From: Patescibacteria group bacterium
GTDB lineage: Bacteria; Patescibacteriota; Patescibacteriia; JAXHNJ01
Length of the DNA stretch: 64,000 nt
Assembly (NCBI GenBank): GCA_034520665.1
Contig: JAXHNJ010000001.1
Span: forward strand, 322,579-386,578
Direction: 5' to 3'
The position numbers were made by a program, and so were the translations under genes. Shown one piece after another: positions 1 to 9,890 of this stretch; the first letter of the stretch is position 1; every line of letters begins with the position of its first letter. A model generated the notes under the pieces. It made no database searches. It was not told where the DNA came from and saw only the letters and a program-made list of their open reading frames with translations.

Positions 1-1650
1 GCTCTAGAACGTCATCAGAAAGACAAAAAAGATAAAGTGGCTTATTTTTGGGAGAATCAAGACGGGGACTCCAGAAAAATCACTTACGGTCAGCTTTATG
101 ATGAGGTTAATAAATTTGCTGGTATTTTAAAAAAACAAGGAGTGGCAAGAGGGGATAGAGTAGCTGTTTATATGCCAAATATTCCCGAAACCGCTGTGGC
201 CATGTTAGCTTGTGCTAAGTTAGGTGCTATGCACACGGTAGTCTATGCTGGTTTTTCAGCCCAAGCCTTGCGAGAGAGAATCCACGACGCCGAGGCTAAA
301 GTTTTAGTGACAGTTGACGGCGGTAAACGTCGTAAAAAAGATATTCCCCTTAAAGAAACTGTGGATCAAGCTCTGGAAAAAGATTGTCAGTGCTTAAAAT
401 CAGTCATCGTAGTTAAATACACCGGACTAGAGATTAATATAAAGGAGGGGAGAGATATTTGGTACCATGAGATTATGAAAGAAGAGGTTGAAATTCCAGA
501 AACTGAAAAAATGAAAGCTACTGATCCTTTGTTTATTCTTTATACTTCGGGCACCACCTCCAAACCCAAAGGAGTTATTCATGTGCACGGCGGTTATCAG
601 GTCGGTATTTCAAGGACACTTAAATGGGTTTTTGATATTAAAGACAAAGATGTTTATTGGTGTAGCGCTGACCCAGGCTGGATTACCGGCCATAGCTATA
701 TAGTTTATGCGCCTTTAATTTTAGGGGCCACTAGTGTCATGTATGACGGAGCTCCGGACCATCCCGAGCCGGATAGGCTTTGGCAGGTAATTGAAAAATA
801 TAAGGTTTCTATTTTTTACACGGCACCAACCCTTGTTCGCTTAATGATGAAATATGGCAAGGAATGGACAGAAAAATATAAAATGGAATCTTTGCGCCTT
901 CTTGGCAGTGTTGGTGAACCGATTAATCCGGAGGCTTGGCGCTGGTATTATGAAAATATTGGCAAGGGTCGTTGCCCGATTATGGATACCTGGTGGCAGA
1001 CCGAAACCGGTGCTTTTATGATTACGCCTTTGCCGGTTTTGCCGCTTAAAGCTGGCAGTGCTACCAAGCCTTTCCCCGGTCTTCAGATGGAAATAGTTGA
1101 CAAAGATGGTGATCCAGTGCCAGAAGGAAAAGGCGGATTTCTGGTTATAAAAAATCCTTGGCCTTCAATGTTGACCACTTTATTTAATAACCCAGAAAGA
1201 TATAAAAAGACTTACTGGCAGAAAATTCCAGACGTTTACACCACAGGTGACCTGGCTACTAAAGATAAAGACGGCTATTTTTGGATCCAGGGACGATCTG
1301 ATGATGTTTTGAAAATAGCTGGGCACCGCATTGGCAACGCGGAAATTGAAAGTGCGCTTGTGGCACACAAAGCAGTAGTGGAAGCGGGAGTTATTGGTGT
1401 TCCAGACGAATTAAGAGGAGAAGTAGCTAAAGCTTTTGTTATTATGAAAGAAGGAGTGGAAAAAACCGATCAATTGAAAGATGATCTAATAAAAAAAGTT
1501 AGAGAAGTTTTAGGGCCGGTTGTGGTTTTTAAAGAAATTGAATACACTGATAAACTACCGAAAACCAGATCCGGTAAAATTATGCGCCGGGTTTTAAGAG
1601 CTAAGGAATTAGGCGAGGATCTCGGTGACACCAGTACTCTGCAGGAATAG
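1..1650 (+). CDS. acs: Acetate--CoA ligase (AMP-forming acetyl-CoA synthetase), 5' end outside window
   Basis: YTSGTTSKPKG AMP-binding loop, DTWWQTETG, C-terminal LPKTRSGK. Frame is open from base 1. Confidence 0.95.
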   Translation, partial: ALERHQKDKKDKVAYFWENQDGDSRKITYGQLYDEVNKFAGILKKQGVARGDRVAVYMPNIPETAVAMLACAKLGAMHTVVYAGFSAQALRERIHDAEAKVLVTVDGGKRRKKDIPLKETVDQALEKDCQCLKSVIVVKYTGLEINIKEGRDIWYHEIMKEEVEIPETEKMKATDPLFILYTSGTTSKPKGVIHVHGGYQVGISRTLKWVFDIKDKDVYWCSADPGWITGHSYIVYAPLILGATSVMYDGAPDHPEPDRLWQVIEKYKVSIFYTAPTLVRLMMKYGKEWTEKYKMESLRLLGSVGEPINPEAWRWYYENIGKGRCPIMDTWWQTETGAFMITPLPVLPLKAGSATKPFPGLQMEIVDKDGDPVPEGKGGFLVIKNPWPSMLTTLFNNPERYKKTYWQKIPDVYTTGDLATKDKDGYFWIQGRSDDVLKIAGHRIGNAEIESALVAHKAVVEAGVIGVPDELRGEVAKAFVIMKEGVEKTDQLKDDLIKKVREVLGPVVVFKEIEYTDKLPKTRSGKIMRRVLRAKELGEDLGDTSTLQE

Positions 1651-1702
1651 TTTTTTTCTAAATTCAAATAGCAAAGCATAAAATTCAAAGTATAATTAAT
1701 TT

Positions 1703-2740
1703 ATGAAAAAGAAAATTAAATGGAGTCTTTTAGTTACTCGCGAGGCTTGTCTTTTGGAACGGTATTTAAGGGTTTTGGGCTATAGAAAAAAATTATTGCC
1801 GGTAACAGAAGTGGGAGTAGAAAATTTGCTTGGCCTAGGTATCAATAGTCTGGTGAAAATTTACTATGATCCAGAAGACAGAGAAAAACGTTTAAGAATT
1901 ATTAGACAAGAATTTAGTTATCCGGGAATGAAAAAAAGAAGAGATAAATATTTCTGGGAGGTAATAAAAAATATCAGAAAAACCCAAAAAGAGTTAAATG
2001 TTAAAAAAAATTTAAAAGCCTTAAAAGAATTTATTAAATACTATACTTATTGTCGGGCTATTGTTTGGTATGCTTTAGAAATAGGCCAGGCGGTCAATGA
2101 TCAAGGCTTGATTATTTGGGCTGGAAAATGGCACCAAAGAGCTGAAGAAGAAAGTTGTTGGGCCTGGGATCGACTTAATCCTTATTTTAAAGATTTGTCC
2201 AGAAAAACGGGAGTGCCCATAAATGATATATTTTTTTATACAGCTCCTGAGTTTTTTAATTTAGTAAAAAAAATTAAAAAAATAAAAAAGCAAATAATTG
2301 AACAAAGAAAAAAGAAATATGTTTTACTTTGTTTGGATTCAAAAATCAAGGTTCTAATTGGTAAAAAATGTGATCAATATATCAAAAATAATTTACCTCA
2401 AAGAAAAATACCTAAAATAAATATTTTAAAGGGAAAGTGTGGTAATAAAGGCCAGGTTAAAGGAAGGGTTTGCCGAGTAGTTAAGGTGGAAGATATGAAA
2501 AAAATGAAACAAGGTGATATTCTAGTCACTATTATGACTTCTCCCCGTTTAGCCGGCGTTTTTTCCAAAGCTAAAGCCTTTATTACTGATGAAGGCGGTA
2601 TTACTTCTCACGCGGCCATTGTTTCCCGGGAGATGAATATTCCCTGTGTTATAGGCACCAAAATAGCCACCAAGGTTTTAAAAGACGGTGATAAAGTTTT
2701 AGTGGATGCGGATAAGGGGATAATTAAAAAGCTTTCCTAA
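1703..2740 (+). CDS. PEP-utilising enzyme mobile (phospho-His) domain protein
   Basis: C-terminal TDEGGITSHAAIVSRE...VDADKG swivel domain. N-terminal helical region not recognised. Confidence 0.85.
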   Translation: MKKKIKWSLLVTREACLLERYLRVLGYRKKLLPVTEVGVENLLGLGINSLVKIYYDPEDREKRLRIIRQEFSYPGMKKRRDKYFWEVIKNIRKTQKELNVKKNLKALKEFIKYYTYCRAIVWYALEIGQAVNDQGLIIWAGKWHQRAEEESCWAWDRLNPYFKDLSRKTGVPINDIFFYTAPEFFNLVKKIKKIKKQIIEQRKKKYVLLCLDSKIKVLIGKKCDQYIKNNLPQRKIPKINILKGKCGNKGQVKGRVCRVVKVEDMKKMKQGDILVTIMTSPRLAGVFSKAKAFITDEGGITSHAAIVSREMNIPCVIGTKIATKVLKDGDKVLVDADKGIIKKLS

Positions 2741-3817
2741 ATGAAAAAAGTACTAGATAAAATATTAACTCATACGGCTACCTTAAGTGCTTTATTTGGC
2801 TATTATCAAGGTATTTCCAAGATAATGAAAAATAATCTTGGTTTTGGATTTAGCAAATTCATATTTTATTATAAAAAAGGCTCCATGACTGAATACCGTT
2901 ATGGTAGTCATTTATTAAAAAAAATAATTTTAAATATTTTTAATAAAAGGCCTAAATTTGAAAAAAAGTTGTTGGATACTTTTCCAAGTGATTATAAAAA
3001 ACTGGAGGAATTATCTGATCATTCAAAAAGAATAAAAAACGATAATGAGGCAATTAATAAAATATTTGAATTTGAAAAAACTTTTCAGAATATTTGGACA
3101 CCGGTTATGTATATATATTGGTTACCAATTTTTTTAGAAAGTGAGAAAGTAAATAAAGAACAAAAGAGAAGAATTGATAAAATCATAAAAATAAGGAGCC
3201 AAAGAGACCGGGAATATGTTCTAGCCCAGTATTTTTATGATCATCTATGCCTTTATTTAAGAAATAAATTCAATTATTTAAAAATGGATTTTACCTTATG
3301 CTCGCCAGAAGAGTTAATAGATAGCCTAAGAGGAAAAAAATTTGGGCAAAATAAAATAAAGAAAATAAATTCTAGAGAAAAAGGTTGTATTATTTTTCGC
3401 GACCAAATTTATTCGAACTTGAAAAAAGTATCAGAAATAAATGAATTTTTATCCGAGTATAATTTGATTTTAGAAAAGGAAGAAAAAGTTAAAAAGGTGA
3501 ATAAAATAAAAGGAAAATCAGCCAATCCCGGTCAAGCCAAGGGGAAAGTAGTGCTATTATTTTCAAAAAATGAAATGAAAAAAGTTGATAAAGAAACTAT
3601 AATAGTTTCACCGATGACCACACCTTATTTAAACCCAGCTTTAAAAAAATGTAAGGCAATTATTACTGACGAAGGTGGTATTACCTGCCACGCCGCCATT
3701 ATCGCCCGGGAATTAAAAAAACCCTGTATCATCGGCACCAAAATCGCTACTAAAGTTTTAAAAGACGGGGATAAAGTTTTGGTGGATGCGGATAAGGGGG
3801 TAGTGAGAAAGATATAA
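2741..3817 (+). CDS. PEP-utilising enzyme mobile (phospho-His) domain protein, paralog
   Basis: C-terminal TDEGGITCHAAIIARE...VDADKG, near-identical to the upstream gene's C-terminus. Confidence 0.85.
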   Translation: MKKVLDKILTHTATLSALFGYYQGISKIMKNNLGFGFSKFIFYYKKGSMTEYRYGSHLLKKIILNIFNKRPKFEKKLLDTFPSDYKKLEELSDHSKRIKNDNEAINKIFEFEKTFQNIWTPVMYIYWLPIFLESEKVNKEQKRRIDKIIKIRSQRDREYVLAQYFYDHLCLYLRNKFNYLKMDFTLCSPEELIDSLRGKKFGQNKIKKINSREKGCIIFRDQIYSNLKKVSEINEFLSEYNLILEKEEKVKKVNKIKGKSANPGQAKGKVVLLFSKNEMKKVDKETIIVSPMTTPYLNPALKKCKAIITDEGGITCHAAIIARELKKPCIIGTKIATKVLKDGDKVLVDADKGVVRKI

Positions 3818-3847
3818 TAAAAAAAAGGCCCAAAACGGGCCTTAGAG

Positions 3848-4351
3848 TTATTCAGTCCAAGAATCTCCAAAAGAGACTTTTTTAATGAGCTGGCCTTTTT
3901 CCATAAGATAGAGAGAGGTTGAATAAGCCTCTTGGCCTAAATAGTGGATGACAGGCCGTCCTGTGCAGACCAGGGTATTGGGAGACAAACTTTTGAAAAG
4001 GGCGATAAGGCCTTCTCTCATACCAACGCGGCCAAGCTGTTCTCTTCTCACTTTTGCTCCAGAAGTTAGATAAATATAGCGATGATCAGAATCATCGAGC
4101 TTGGTGCCATCTCCTAGCAGGTGATTGAAAAAGTTAATTTTCAAACCAAGAAATCCGGCTATTTCGATATGTCTTTGACCTAAGCCGGTAATAACATTAT
4201 TTATTGAATTTGCCGGCAAATAATCTTGTATTTTTAATATTTTCTCCTTTCCTTGTTCTGAATGCCAGGGATCAGGTTGTCCAATAACTGTTTTACCATG
4301 AGTGACTATAAAAATAGGTCCATAAAGGTCTCTTAATTCTTTTATTAGCAT
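3848..4351 (-). CDS. Hypothetical protein, possibly degenerate histidine-phosphatase fold
   Basis: IFIVTHGKT resembles the RHG motif. AAGGAG SD precedes ATG at 4351 (start moved from the ORF track). Confidence 0.5.
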   Translation of the reverse strand: MLIKELRDLYGPIFIVTHGKTVIGQPDPWHSEQGKEKILKIQDYLPANSINNVITGLGQRHIEIAGFLGLKINFFNHLLGDGTKLDDSDHRYIYLTSGAKVRREQLGRVGMREGLIALFKSLSPNTLVCTGRPVIHYLGQEAYSTSLYLMEKGQLIKKVSFGDSWTE

Positions 4352-4444
4352 TTCACACTCCTTTTTAAGGTACCATGAATTCAATAAAACTTAACAATTA
4401 ATTTATTTATTGTCAAGATTTTTATATTATAGTATAATTGAATT

Positions 4445-6100
4445 ATGAAAGAGGATTATTCTATATTAATTGGCGGGGCTGCTGGTCAGGGTTCTCGAAG
4501 GGCCGGTTTTATTATTGCGCGGCTTTTATCACATTATGGTTATGAAACTTTTATTTATGATGATTATCAGTCTTTGATTCGAGGCGGTCATAATTTTTCT
4601 AAGATAAGAGCGGCCAGTGAGAAAGTCTTGTCACATCGGAAAAAAATAGATTTTCTTTTGGCTTTCAATGAAGAAACAGTGGAAAAACATAAGCAAAATT
4701 TGGATAAAAATGGCCTTATTATTTATGACAAAGATAAATTTGAAGTTAAAGATAAAAAGGCGGTTGGTATAGCTACTAAGGAAATTATTGATCAAACAAA
4801 AGGCAAACCGATTATGAGCAATACCGCTTTTGTGGCTGGTTTTGCCAAAAATATTGGTATTAACTGGCAGACTTTAAAAAATCTTTTAAAGGAAGAGTTT
4901 GAAAAATATGAGGCCATGAATTTAAAAATTGCTAAGCTGGCTTTTGAGAAAGCGGATCAGCAAACACAGATTGAAAAAATCGGTCAGAAAAAAGACCAGC
5001 CTCTTTTAACCGGTAATCAAGCTTTGTCTTTGGGGGCGGTGAAAGCCGGACTTGATTTTTATATCGCTTATCCGATGACACCTTCTACTGGTATTTTACA
5101 TTATTTAGCCCAGAGAAAGCATGATTTTAATATAGGCGTGGCCCAGCTAGAAAATGAGATTGGAGTGATCAGTAGCGCTATTGGGGCCGCTTACACTGGT
5201 GCCAGAACTATGATCGGCACTTCGGGGGGTGGCTTTGCTCTGATGACAGAGTCTTTTAGCCTAGCCGCTATGAATGAAACACCTTTAGTGATAGTGGAAA
5301 GTCAAAGAATGTCTCCGGCCAGTGGCGTGCCCACTTATAATGCTCAGGCTGATTTACTTTTTACGGCTAACTCGGGCCATGGTGATATTTTAAGATTTAT
5401 TATTGCTCCAGGAGATGCTGATGAGGCTTGCTTTTGGGGCGGACAAATCCTGAATTTATCCTGGCAGTTTCAAACCCCGTCAATTTTACTGATTGATAAA
5501 GAGATTTCTGAAAGCACTTTTACTTTTGATAAAAAAGTTTTGGATAAAATTAAAAAAGAAAAGCCAAAACTTTGGTCAAAAAAAGGCAAGTATTTACGCT
5601 ATAAAGAAACCAAGGACGGTATTTCACCTTTGGCTTTTCCTGGTGAGAAAAACCAGGTTATTAAAGCTAACAGTTATGAACACCAAGAAAACGGATTAAC
5701 CACTGAAGAGCCCGGACCGATTAAAGATATGCAGAACAAAAGATTGAGAAAATTTGAAGCCATGAAAAAAGAAGTTAATAAATTACCAGCTGTAAAGGTT
5801 TATGGAGATAAAAAGGCTAAAAAGGCCTTAATTGCCTGGGGTTCAACCAAGGGACCGGCCCTGGAAGCGGCTGAAAAGCTGGGCCTTAAATTAATTCAAC
5901 CAATAATTTTACAGCCTTTTCCAGAAAAACAAATGAAGCAAGCTTTAAAAGGAGTACAAAAAGTTTATTTAGCTGAGACCAATGCTACGGCTCAATTAGG
6001 TCGTATATTAAAAGGTTATAATATTAAAGTGGATAAACAAATCCTTAAATATGACGCGCGGCCTTTTATAGCCGAAGAAATAATCAATAAAGTAAAGTAA
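4445..6100 (+). CDS. 2-oxoacid:ferredoxin oxidoreductase alpha subunit (gamma-alpha fusion)
   Basis: GGAAGQG, IRGGHN, YPMTPS, TSGGGF motifs. Confidence 0.92.
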   Translation: MKEDYSILIGGAAGQGSRRAGFIIARLLSHYGYETFIYDDYQSLIRGGHNFSKIRAASEKVLSHRKKIDFLLAFNEETVEKHKQNLDKNGLIIYDKDKFEVKDKKAVGIATKEIIDQTKGKPIMSNTAFVAGFAKNIGINWQTLKNLLKEEFEKYEAMNLKIAKLAFEKADQQTQIEKIGQKKDQPLLTGNQALSLGAVKAGLDFYIAYPMTPSTGILHYLAQRKHDFNIGVAQLENEIGVISSAIGAAYTGARTMIGTSGGGFALMTESFSLAAMNETPLVIVESQRMSPASGVPTYNAQADLLFTANSGHGDILRFIIAPGDADEACFWGGQILNLSWQFQTPSILLIDKEISESTFTFDKKVLDKIKKEKPKLWSKKGKYLRYKETKDGISPLAFPGEKNQVIKANSYEHQENGLTTEEPGPIKDMQNKRLRKFEAMKKEVNKLPAVKVYGDKKAKKALIAWGSTKGPALEAAEKLGLKLIQPIILQPFPEKQMKQALKGVQKVYLAETNATAQLGRILKGYNIKVDKQILKYDARPFIAEEIINKVK

Positions 6101-6106
6101 ATTTAT

Positions 6107-6958
6107 ATGCCTGCTAAGAAAATAAATTTAAATACTAAAGCTAAAAACACCTGGTGTCCTGGTTGTGGTAATTTTACAATTTTAGCGGCTTTTAAAAAAG
6201 CCGTTCAGGAGTTGATTGATGAGGGAATAAAAAAAGAAAATTTTGTTATCACTAGTGGTATTGGTTGCTCTTCAAAAATTATCGATTATATAAATCTGAA
6301 CAGTTTTTCCGCTTTGCACGGCCGGCCAATAACTTCAGCTGAAGGTATAAAAATGGGCAATCCTAATCTTAAAGTAGTTGCTTTTCAGGGGGACGGTGGT
6401 TGCTATAACGAAGGTATTTCACATTTAATTCACGCGGCCAAGCGAAATATTGATATTACAGTTTTGATTCACAATAACCGCAATTTTGCTTTAACTACCG
6501 GTCAGTTTACTGCTACCTCGCCCCAGGGCTTTGTCGGCAAATCAACCCCCGAGGGCAGTATTGAAAAGCCTTTTAATCCCTTAAAATTAATGTTAGACTC
6601 TGGCGCTACTTTTATTGCTCGCGGCTATTCCGGTAAGATAAATCATCTTAAGAATTTAATTAAGCAGGCCGTTAAACACCAAGGATTTTCCTTTATAGAT
6701 ATTTTACAGCCTTGTGTTTCTTTTTTTGACACCAGAGAATTTTATAATAAAAAAGTCTCCTTAGTAAAAAATAATAAATTATCTGTTAAAAAACAAGCGC
6801 AGAGCTTAATTGAAAAATGGGATTATCAAAAAGATAATGGCCAGGCTAAGATTCCGGTGGGCTTATTTTATAAGTTAAAAAAATCCACTTATGAAAAAGA
6901 TTTGCTCAAAGACTTAAATCCTTCAAAAAGGGATAAAATTCCGCAAATTAAAATTTAA
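6107..6958 (+). CDS. 2-oxoacid:ferredoxin oxidoreductase beta subunit (TPP-binding)
   Basis: WCPGCG, GIGCS, GDG...NN TPP motif, QPC. Confidence 0.93.
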   Translation: MPAKKINLNTKAKNTWCPGCGNFTILAAFKKAVQELIDEGIKKENFVITSGIGCSSKIIDYINLNSFSALHGRPITSAEGIKMGNPNLKVVAFQGDGGCYNEGISHLIHAAKRNIDITVLIHNNRNFALTTGQFTATSPQGFVGKSTPEGSIEKPFNPLKLMLDSGATFIARGYSGKINHLKNLIKQAVKHQGFSFIDILQPCVSFFDTREFYNKKVSLVKNNKLSVKKQAQSLIEKWDYQKDNGQAKIPVGLFYKLKKSTYEKDLLKDLNPSKRDKIPQIKI

Positions 6959-6978
6959 TAGTTTTTAAAAAAATAAAT

Positions 6979-7003
6979 GGGTGGCTTTAAAACCACCTTT
7001 TTT
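6979..7003 (+). terminator. Intrinsic terminator
   Basis: ggtgg/ccacc stem followed by a T-tract after the OFOR beta gene. Confidence 0.6.
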
Positions 7004-7043
7004 ATTTGTCTTTAAAAGATAAAAATGATAAAATTATTCTAAC

Positions 7044-8765
7044 ATGAAGAAAAAATGGAAAATTTTAGACAAAGCACCAAATAAATTTTTTAGCCAGTTT
7101 CCGGAAATTGACCCGATTGTTTTACAGTTGCTTTATAATAGAGAGCTTAAAACACAAAAAGATATTGATGGGTTTTTAAATCTCGATTATGGAGAAGACC
7201 AGCATGATCCTTTTTTATTTAAGGATATGAAAAAGGCGAGCAAAAGAATTTTTAAAGCTCTAGAAAAAAAGGAAAAAGTGGCTATTTATGGTGATTATGA
7301 CGCTGATGGTGTTACTTCTACGGCCATTATTTACAATGTTTTAACTGAACTAGGTTTTAAAAATATAGAGGTTTATATTCCGTATCGTATGACTGAAGGT
7401 TATGGAATAAATGAAAAGGCGGTTAAAGAATTTGTAGATAAGAATATTGATTTGATGATTACGGTTGACTGTGGTATTGCCAATAAAGAAGAAATTGCCT
7501 TAGCCAATAAAAAGGGTATTGATGTAATTATCACGGATCATCATCACGAACCCTTGAATCCGCCGGATAAAGCCTTTGCTATCATCAACCCTAAAGTTAA
7601 GGAGGAAAAATATCCCTTTAAAGATTTAGCTGGGGTGGGAGTAGCTTTTAAATTAGCCCAGGCTTTAATAAAAGAGTCCAGAAAAAAAGGGCTTGATATT
7701 CCTCGGGGTTATGAAAAATGGCTGCTGGATTTAGTGGCTATTGGCACGGTTACTGATTGTGTCGGTCTGATCGGCGAAAACCGCACTTTAGTCAGATATG
7801 GTTTAGTAGTTTTAAATAAAACTAAAAAAATTGGCTTAAGAAAATTAATTAAAAAGTCTCGTCTTAATTTGGGAGAATTAGAAGCTTGGAATATTGCTTT
7901 TCAGCTCGGACCGCGACTTAACGCCGCCGGCCGGCTAGACCACGCTTCAACTTCTTTTAAATTACTAATCACCGGGGATAATCAAGAAGCTGAAGAGATT
8001 GTAGAGGGTCTGGAAAAAACTAATAAAGAAAGGCAAAAAATTACTGAGAAAATGGTTGGTGAGGCCAAGGAACAGATTGATGAGAAAAAAGCCAAAGGAT
8101 CTATTATTTCAGTTCTTGGTCAAGATTGGTCAGCTGGTTTAATCGGACTAGTGGCTGGACGTCTTTGTGATCAATTTTACCGGCCGATTATAGTACTTAG
8201 CCAATCAGAAAATGAAGTCATTGCTTCAGGCCGGAGTATTCCGGAATTTGATATTATTGAAGCAGTTGAAAAATTAAGAAAACATTTAAAGGATTACGGG
8301 GGTCATGCGGCTGCTTGTGGCTTTACTTTAAAAGCCAGGGATAGACTTGATGAATTTAATAAAGAATTATTGATATTAGGAGAAGAGCGATTAAAAGACC
8401 TTGATCTTTTTCCAAAAATAGTGATAGAAAAAAAAGTCAAACTAGAAGAAATAACCCATGATCTTTTGCATGAATTGGAGGAGTTTAAGCCTTTTGGTCA
8501 GGGCAATAAAAAACCCTTATTTTTATTAGAAAATTTAACAGTGGTTAATTTTGATCTGGTTGGTAAAAACACTAATCATTTGCGTTTGATGGTTAAACAA
8601 GATGACCATACGGTTAGAAAATGTATTGGTTTTTATCAACAAGAATTAGCTAAAAATTTAAAAAATGGTCAGAAAATAGATTTAGTTTGCGAGGTAAGTT
8701 TTAATGAGTGGAATGGGACCAAAGAAATTCAACTTAAAATTATTGATCTAAAAATAAAAAAATGA
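7044..8765 (+). CDS. recJ: ssDNA-specific exonuclease RecJ
   Basis: GDYDADG, TVDCG, TDHH, PRLNAAGRL, GGHAAACG, PFGQGN. Confidence 0.96.
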   Translation: MKKKWKILDKAPNKFFSQFPEIDPIVLQLLYNRELKTQKDIDGFLNLDYGEDQHDPFLFKDMKKASKRIFKALEKKEKVAIYGDYDADGVTSTAIIYNVLTELGFKNIEVYIPYRMTEGYGINEKAVKEFVDKNIDLMITVDCGIANKEEIALANKKGIDVIITDHHHEPLNPPDKAFAIINPKVKEEKYPFKDLAGVGVAFKLAQALIKESRKKGLDIPRGYEKWLLDLVAIGTVTDCVGLIGENRTLVRYGLVVLNKTKKIGLRKLIKKSRLNLGELEAWNIAFQLGPRLNAAGRLDHASTSFKLLITGDNQEAEEIVEGLEKTNKERQKITEKMVGEAKEQIDEKKAKGSIISVLGQDWSAGLIGLVAGRLCDQFYRPIIVLSQSENEVIASGRSIPEFDIIEAVEKLRKHLKDYGGHAAACGFTLKARDRLDEFNKELLILGEERLKDLDLFPKIVIEKKVKLEEITHDLLHELEEFKPFGQGNKKPLFLLENLTVVNFDLVGKNTNHLRLMVKQDDHTVRKCIGFYQQELAKNLKNGQKIDLVCEVSFNEWNGTKEIQLKIIDLKIKK

Positions 8766-9169
8766 GTAATCAGAAATATCAAATTTATACTGACGGCGGC
8801 GCTCGGGGTAATCCCGGTCCGGCTGGTCTTGGCGTGGTTATCTGGCAGGGTCATAAATTAATAGGACAATATAAAAAATATATTGGTAAAGCCACTAATA
8901 ATCAAGCTGAATACCAGGCCATCCATTTCGGCCTGCAAAAAGCCAAGGAGGTTGGCGCCAAAAATATTGAATGCTTTCTTGATTCAGAGCTAGTGGTAAA
9001 TCAGTTGAATATGGAGTTTAAGATTAAAAATAAAGAACTAGGTCCCTGGTTTATTAAAATTTGGAATCTACGCCAGTCTTTTGATAAAGTTACTTTTACT
9101 CATATTCGGCGTGAAAAAAATAAAGAAGCCGATAAATTGGTAAATGAAGCTATTGATGAAGCAAAATAA
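8762..9169 (+). CDS. rnhA: Ribonuclease HI family protein
   Basis: YTDGGARGNPGPAG, TNNQAEY, DSELVV, NKEADKL. Confidence 0.9.
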   Translation: MSNQKYQIYTDGGARGNPGPAGLGVVIWQGHKLIGQYKKYIGKATNNQAEYQAIHFGLQKAKEVGAKNIECFLDSELVVNQLNMEFKIKNKELGPWFIKIWNLRQSFDKVTFTHIRREKNKEADKLVNEAIDEAK

Positions 9170-9195
9170 GTGAATTTTTTATAAGGTATTTAATC

Positions 9196-9224
9196 TTGAC
9201 AAATACCTTGTTTTAGGTTAAAGT
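9196..9224 (+). promoter_or_regulatory. sigma70-type promoter of rnpB
   Basis: TTGACA-17 bp-TAAAGT, just upstream of the P1 helix. Confidence 0.7.
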
Positions 9225-9294
9225 ATTAAATGCCTAAGTAAACCGGATGATCACTCTTCAGTCTTTTGGCTGGGGGGAGGAAAGTCCGAACACC

Positions 9295-9415
9295 TCCCGC
9301 TTTCGCCCTTTGTTTAAACTTCGGGCTTCCGTGGGCAAGGCCTCTTATTTACTAATTTATGATGTAGGGGCTATGCCCGACGTAGCTCAAGTGGAGCGCA
9401 GAGCGAAGGCGGGGA
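9295..9415. repeat. REP-doublet-like hairpin insertion 1 in rnpB
   Basis: Arms ccgctttcgccc..ttcgggcttccgtgggca and tgcccgacgtagctcaag..gagcgcagagcgaaggcgg. Homologous to insertion 2. Confidence 0.75.
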
Positions 9416-9710
9416 AAAGGATAGTTCTTAACAAGAACCAGGGTAATCATAAAGTCAAAAACGCTCGCGCGAATTTTTGACCAAGATTATTCTCGGGCCA
9501 GTGCAACAGAAAGTATACCGCCTATTTTTCAACTTATCCGAAAATAGGTAAGGGTGAAATCGTAGAGTAAGAGCCTACGCCTTTATTTGGTGACAAATAA
9601 AGGGTGTAAACCCTATCTGGTGCAAGACCAAAAAGTTTCCCATTTTATAATGTGGGAAGGTAGGTCGCTTGAACCCGGTCGCAAGATTTGGGTCTAGATA
9701 GATGATCATC

Positions 9711-9839
9711 TCCGTCTTCGCCCTGTGTTTAAACTTCGGGCTTCGGCGGACAAGTCCCAAATTTAATATTAATTATTTTTTTAGAAATAAAGGGGCCTGT
9801 CCGCCGAAGCTCAAGCATCGAGCGCAGAGCGAAGGCGGA
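9711..9839. repeat. REP-doublet-like hairpin insertion 2 in rnpB (P19 region)
   Basis: Arms ccgtcttcgccc..ttcgggcttcggcggaca and tgtccgccgaagctcaag..gagcgcagagcgaaggcgg around an AT-rich spacer. Confidence 0.75.
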
Positions 9840-9890
9840 ACAGAATTCGGCTTATAGGTTTGCTTGGGCTTTAATATTATTTTCTTTCTT

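Larger units (their letters stand above)
9232..9869 (+). ncRNA. rnpB: RNase P RNA, ~640 nt, with two large hairpin insertions
   Basis: GAGGAAAGTCCG, AGTGCAACAGAAAG, GGGTGAAA, GGTGTAAACCC, AGATAGATGAT and ACAGAATTCGGCTTA conserved blocks. P1 pairs 9232-9244 with 9857-9869. Confidence 0.93.

Noticed and set aside
2570-3805. DGR template/variable repeat pair (also considered for the 58.7/61.1 kb repeats)
   Set aside because: Differences are mostly synonymous and not adenine-specific, and there is no reverse transcriptase in the window.
9247-9760. ORFs 9247..9480 and 9575..9760
   Set aside because: They lie entirely within the RNase P RNA gene.
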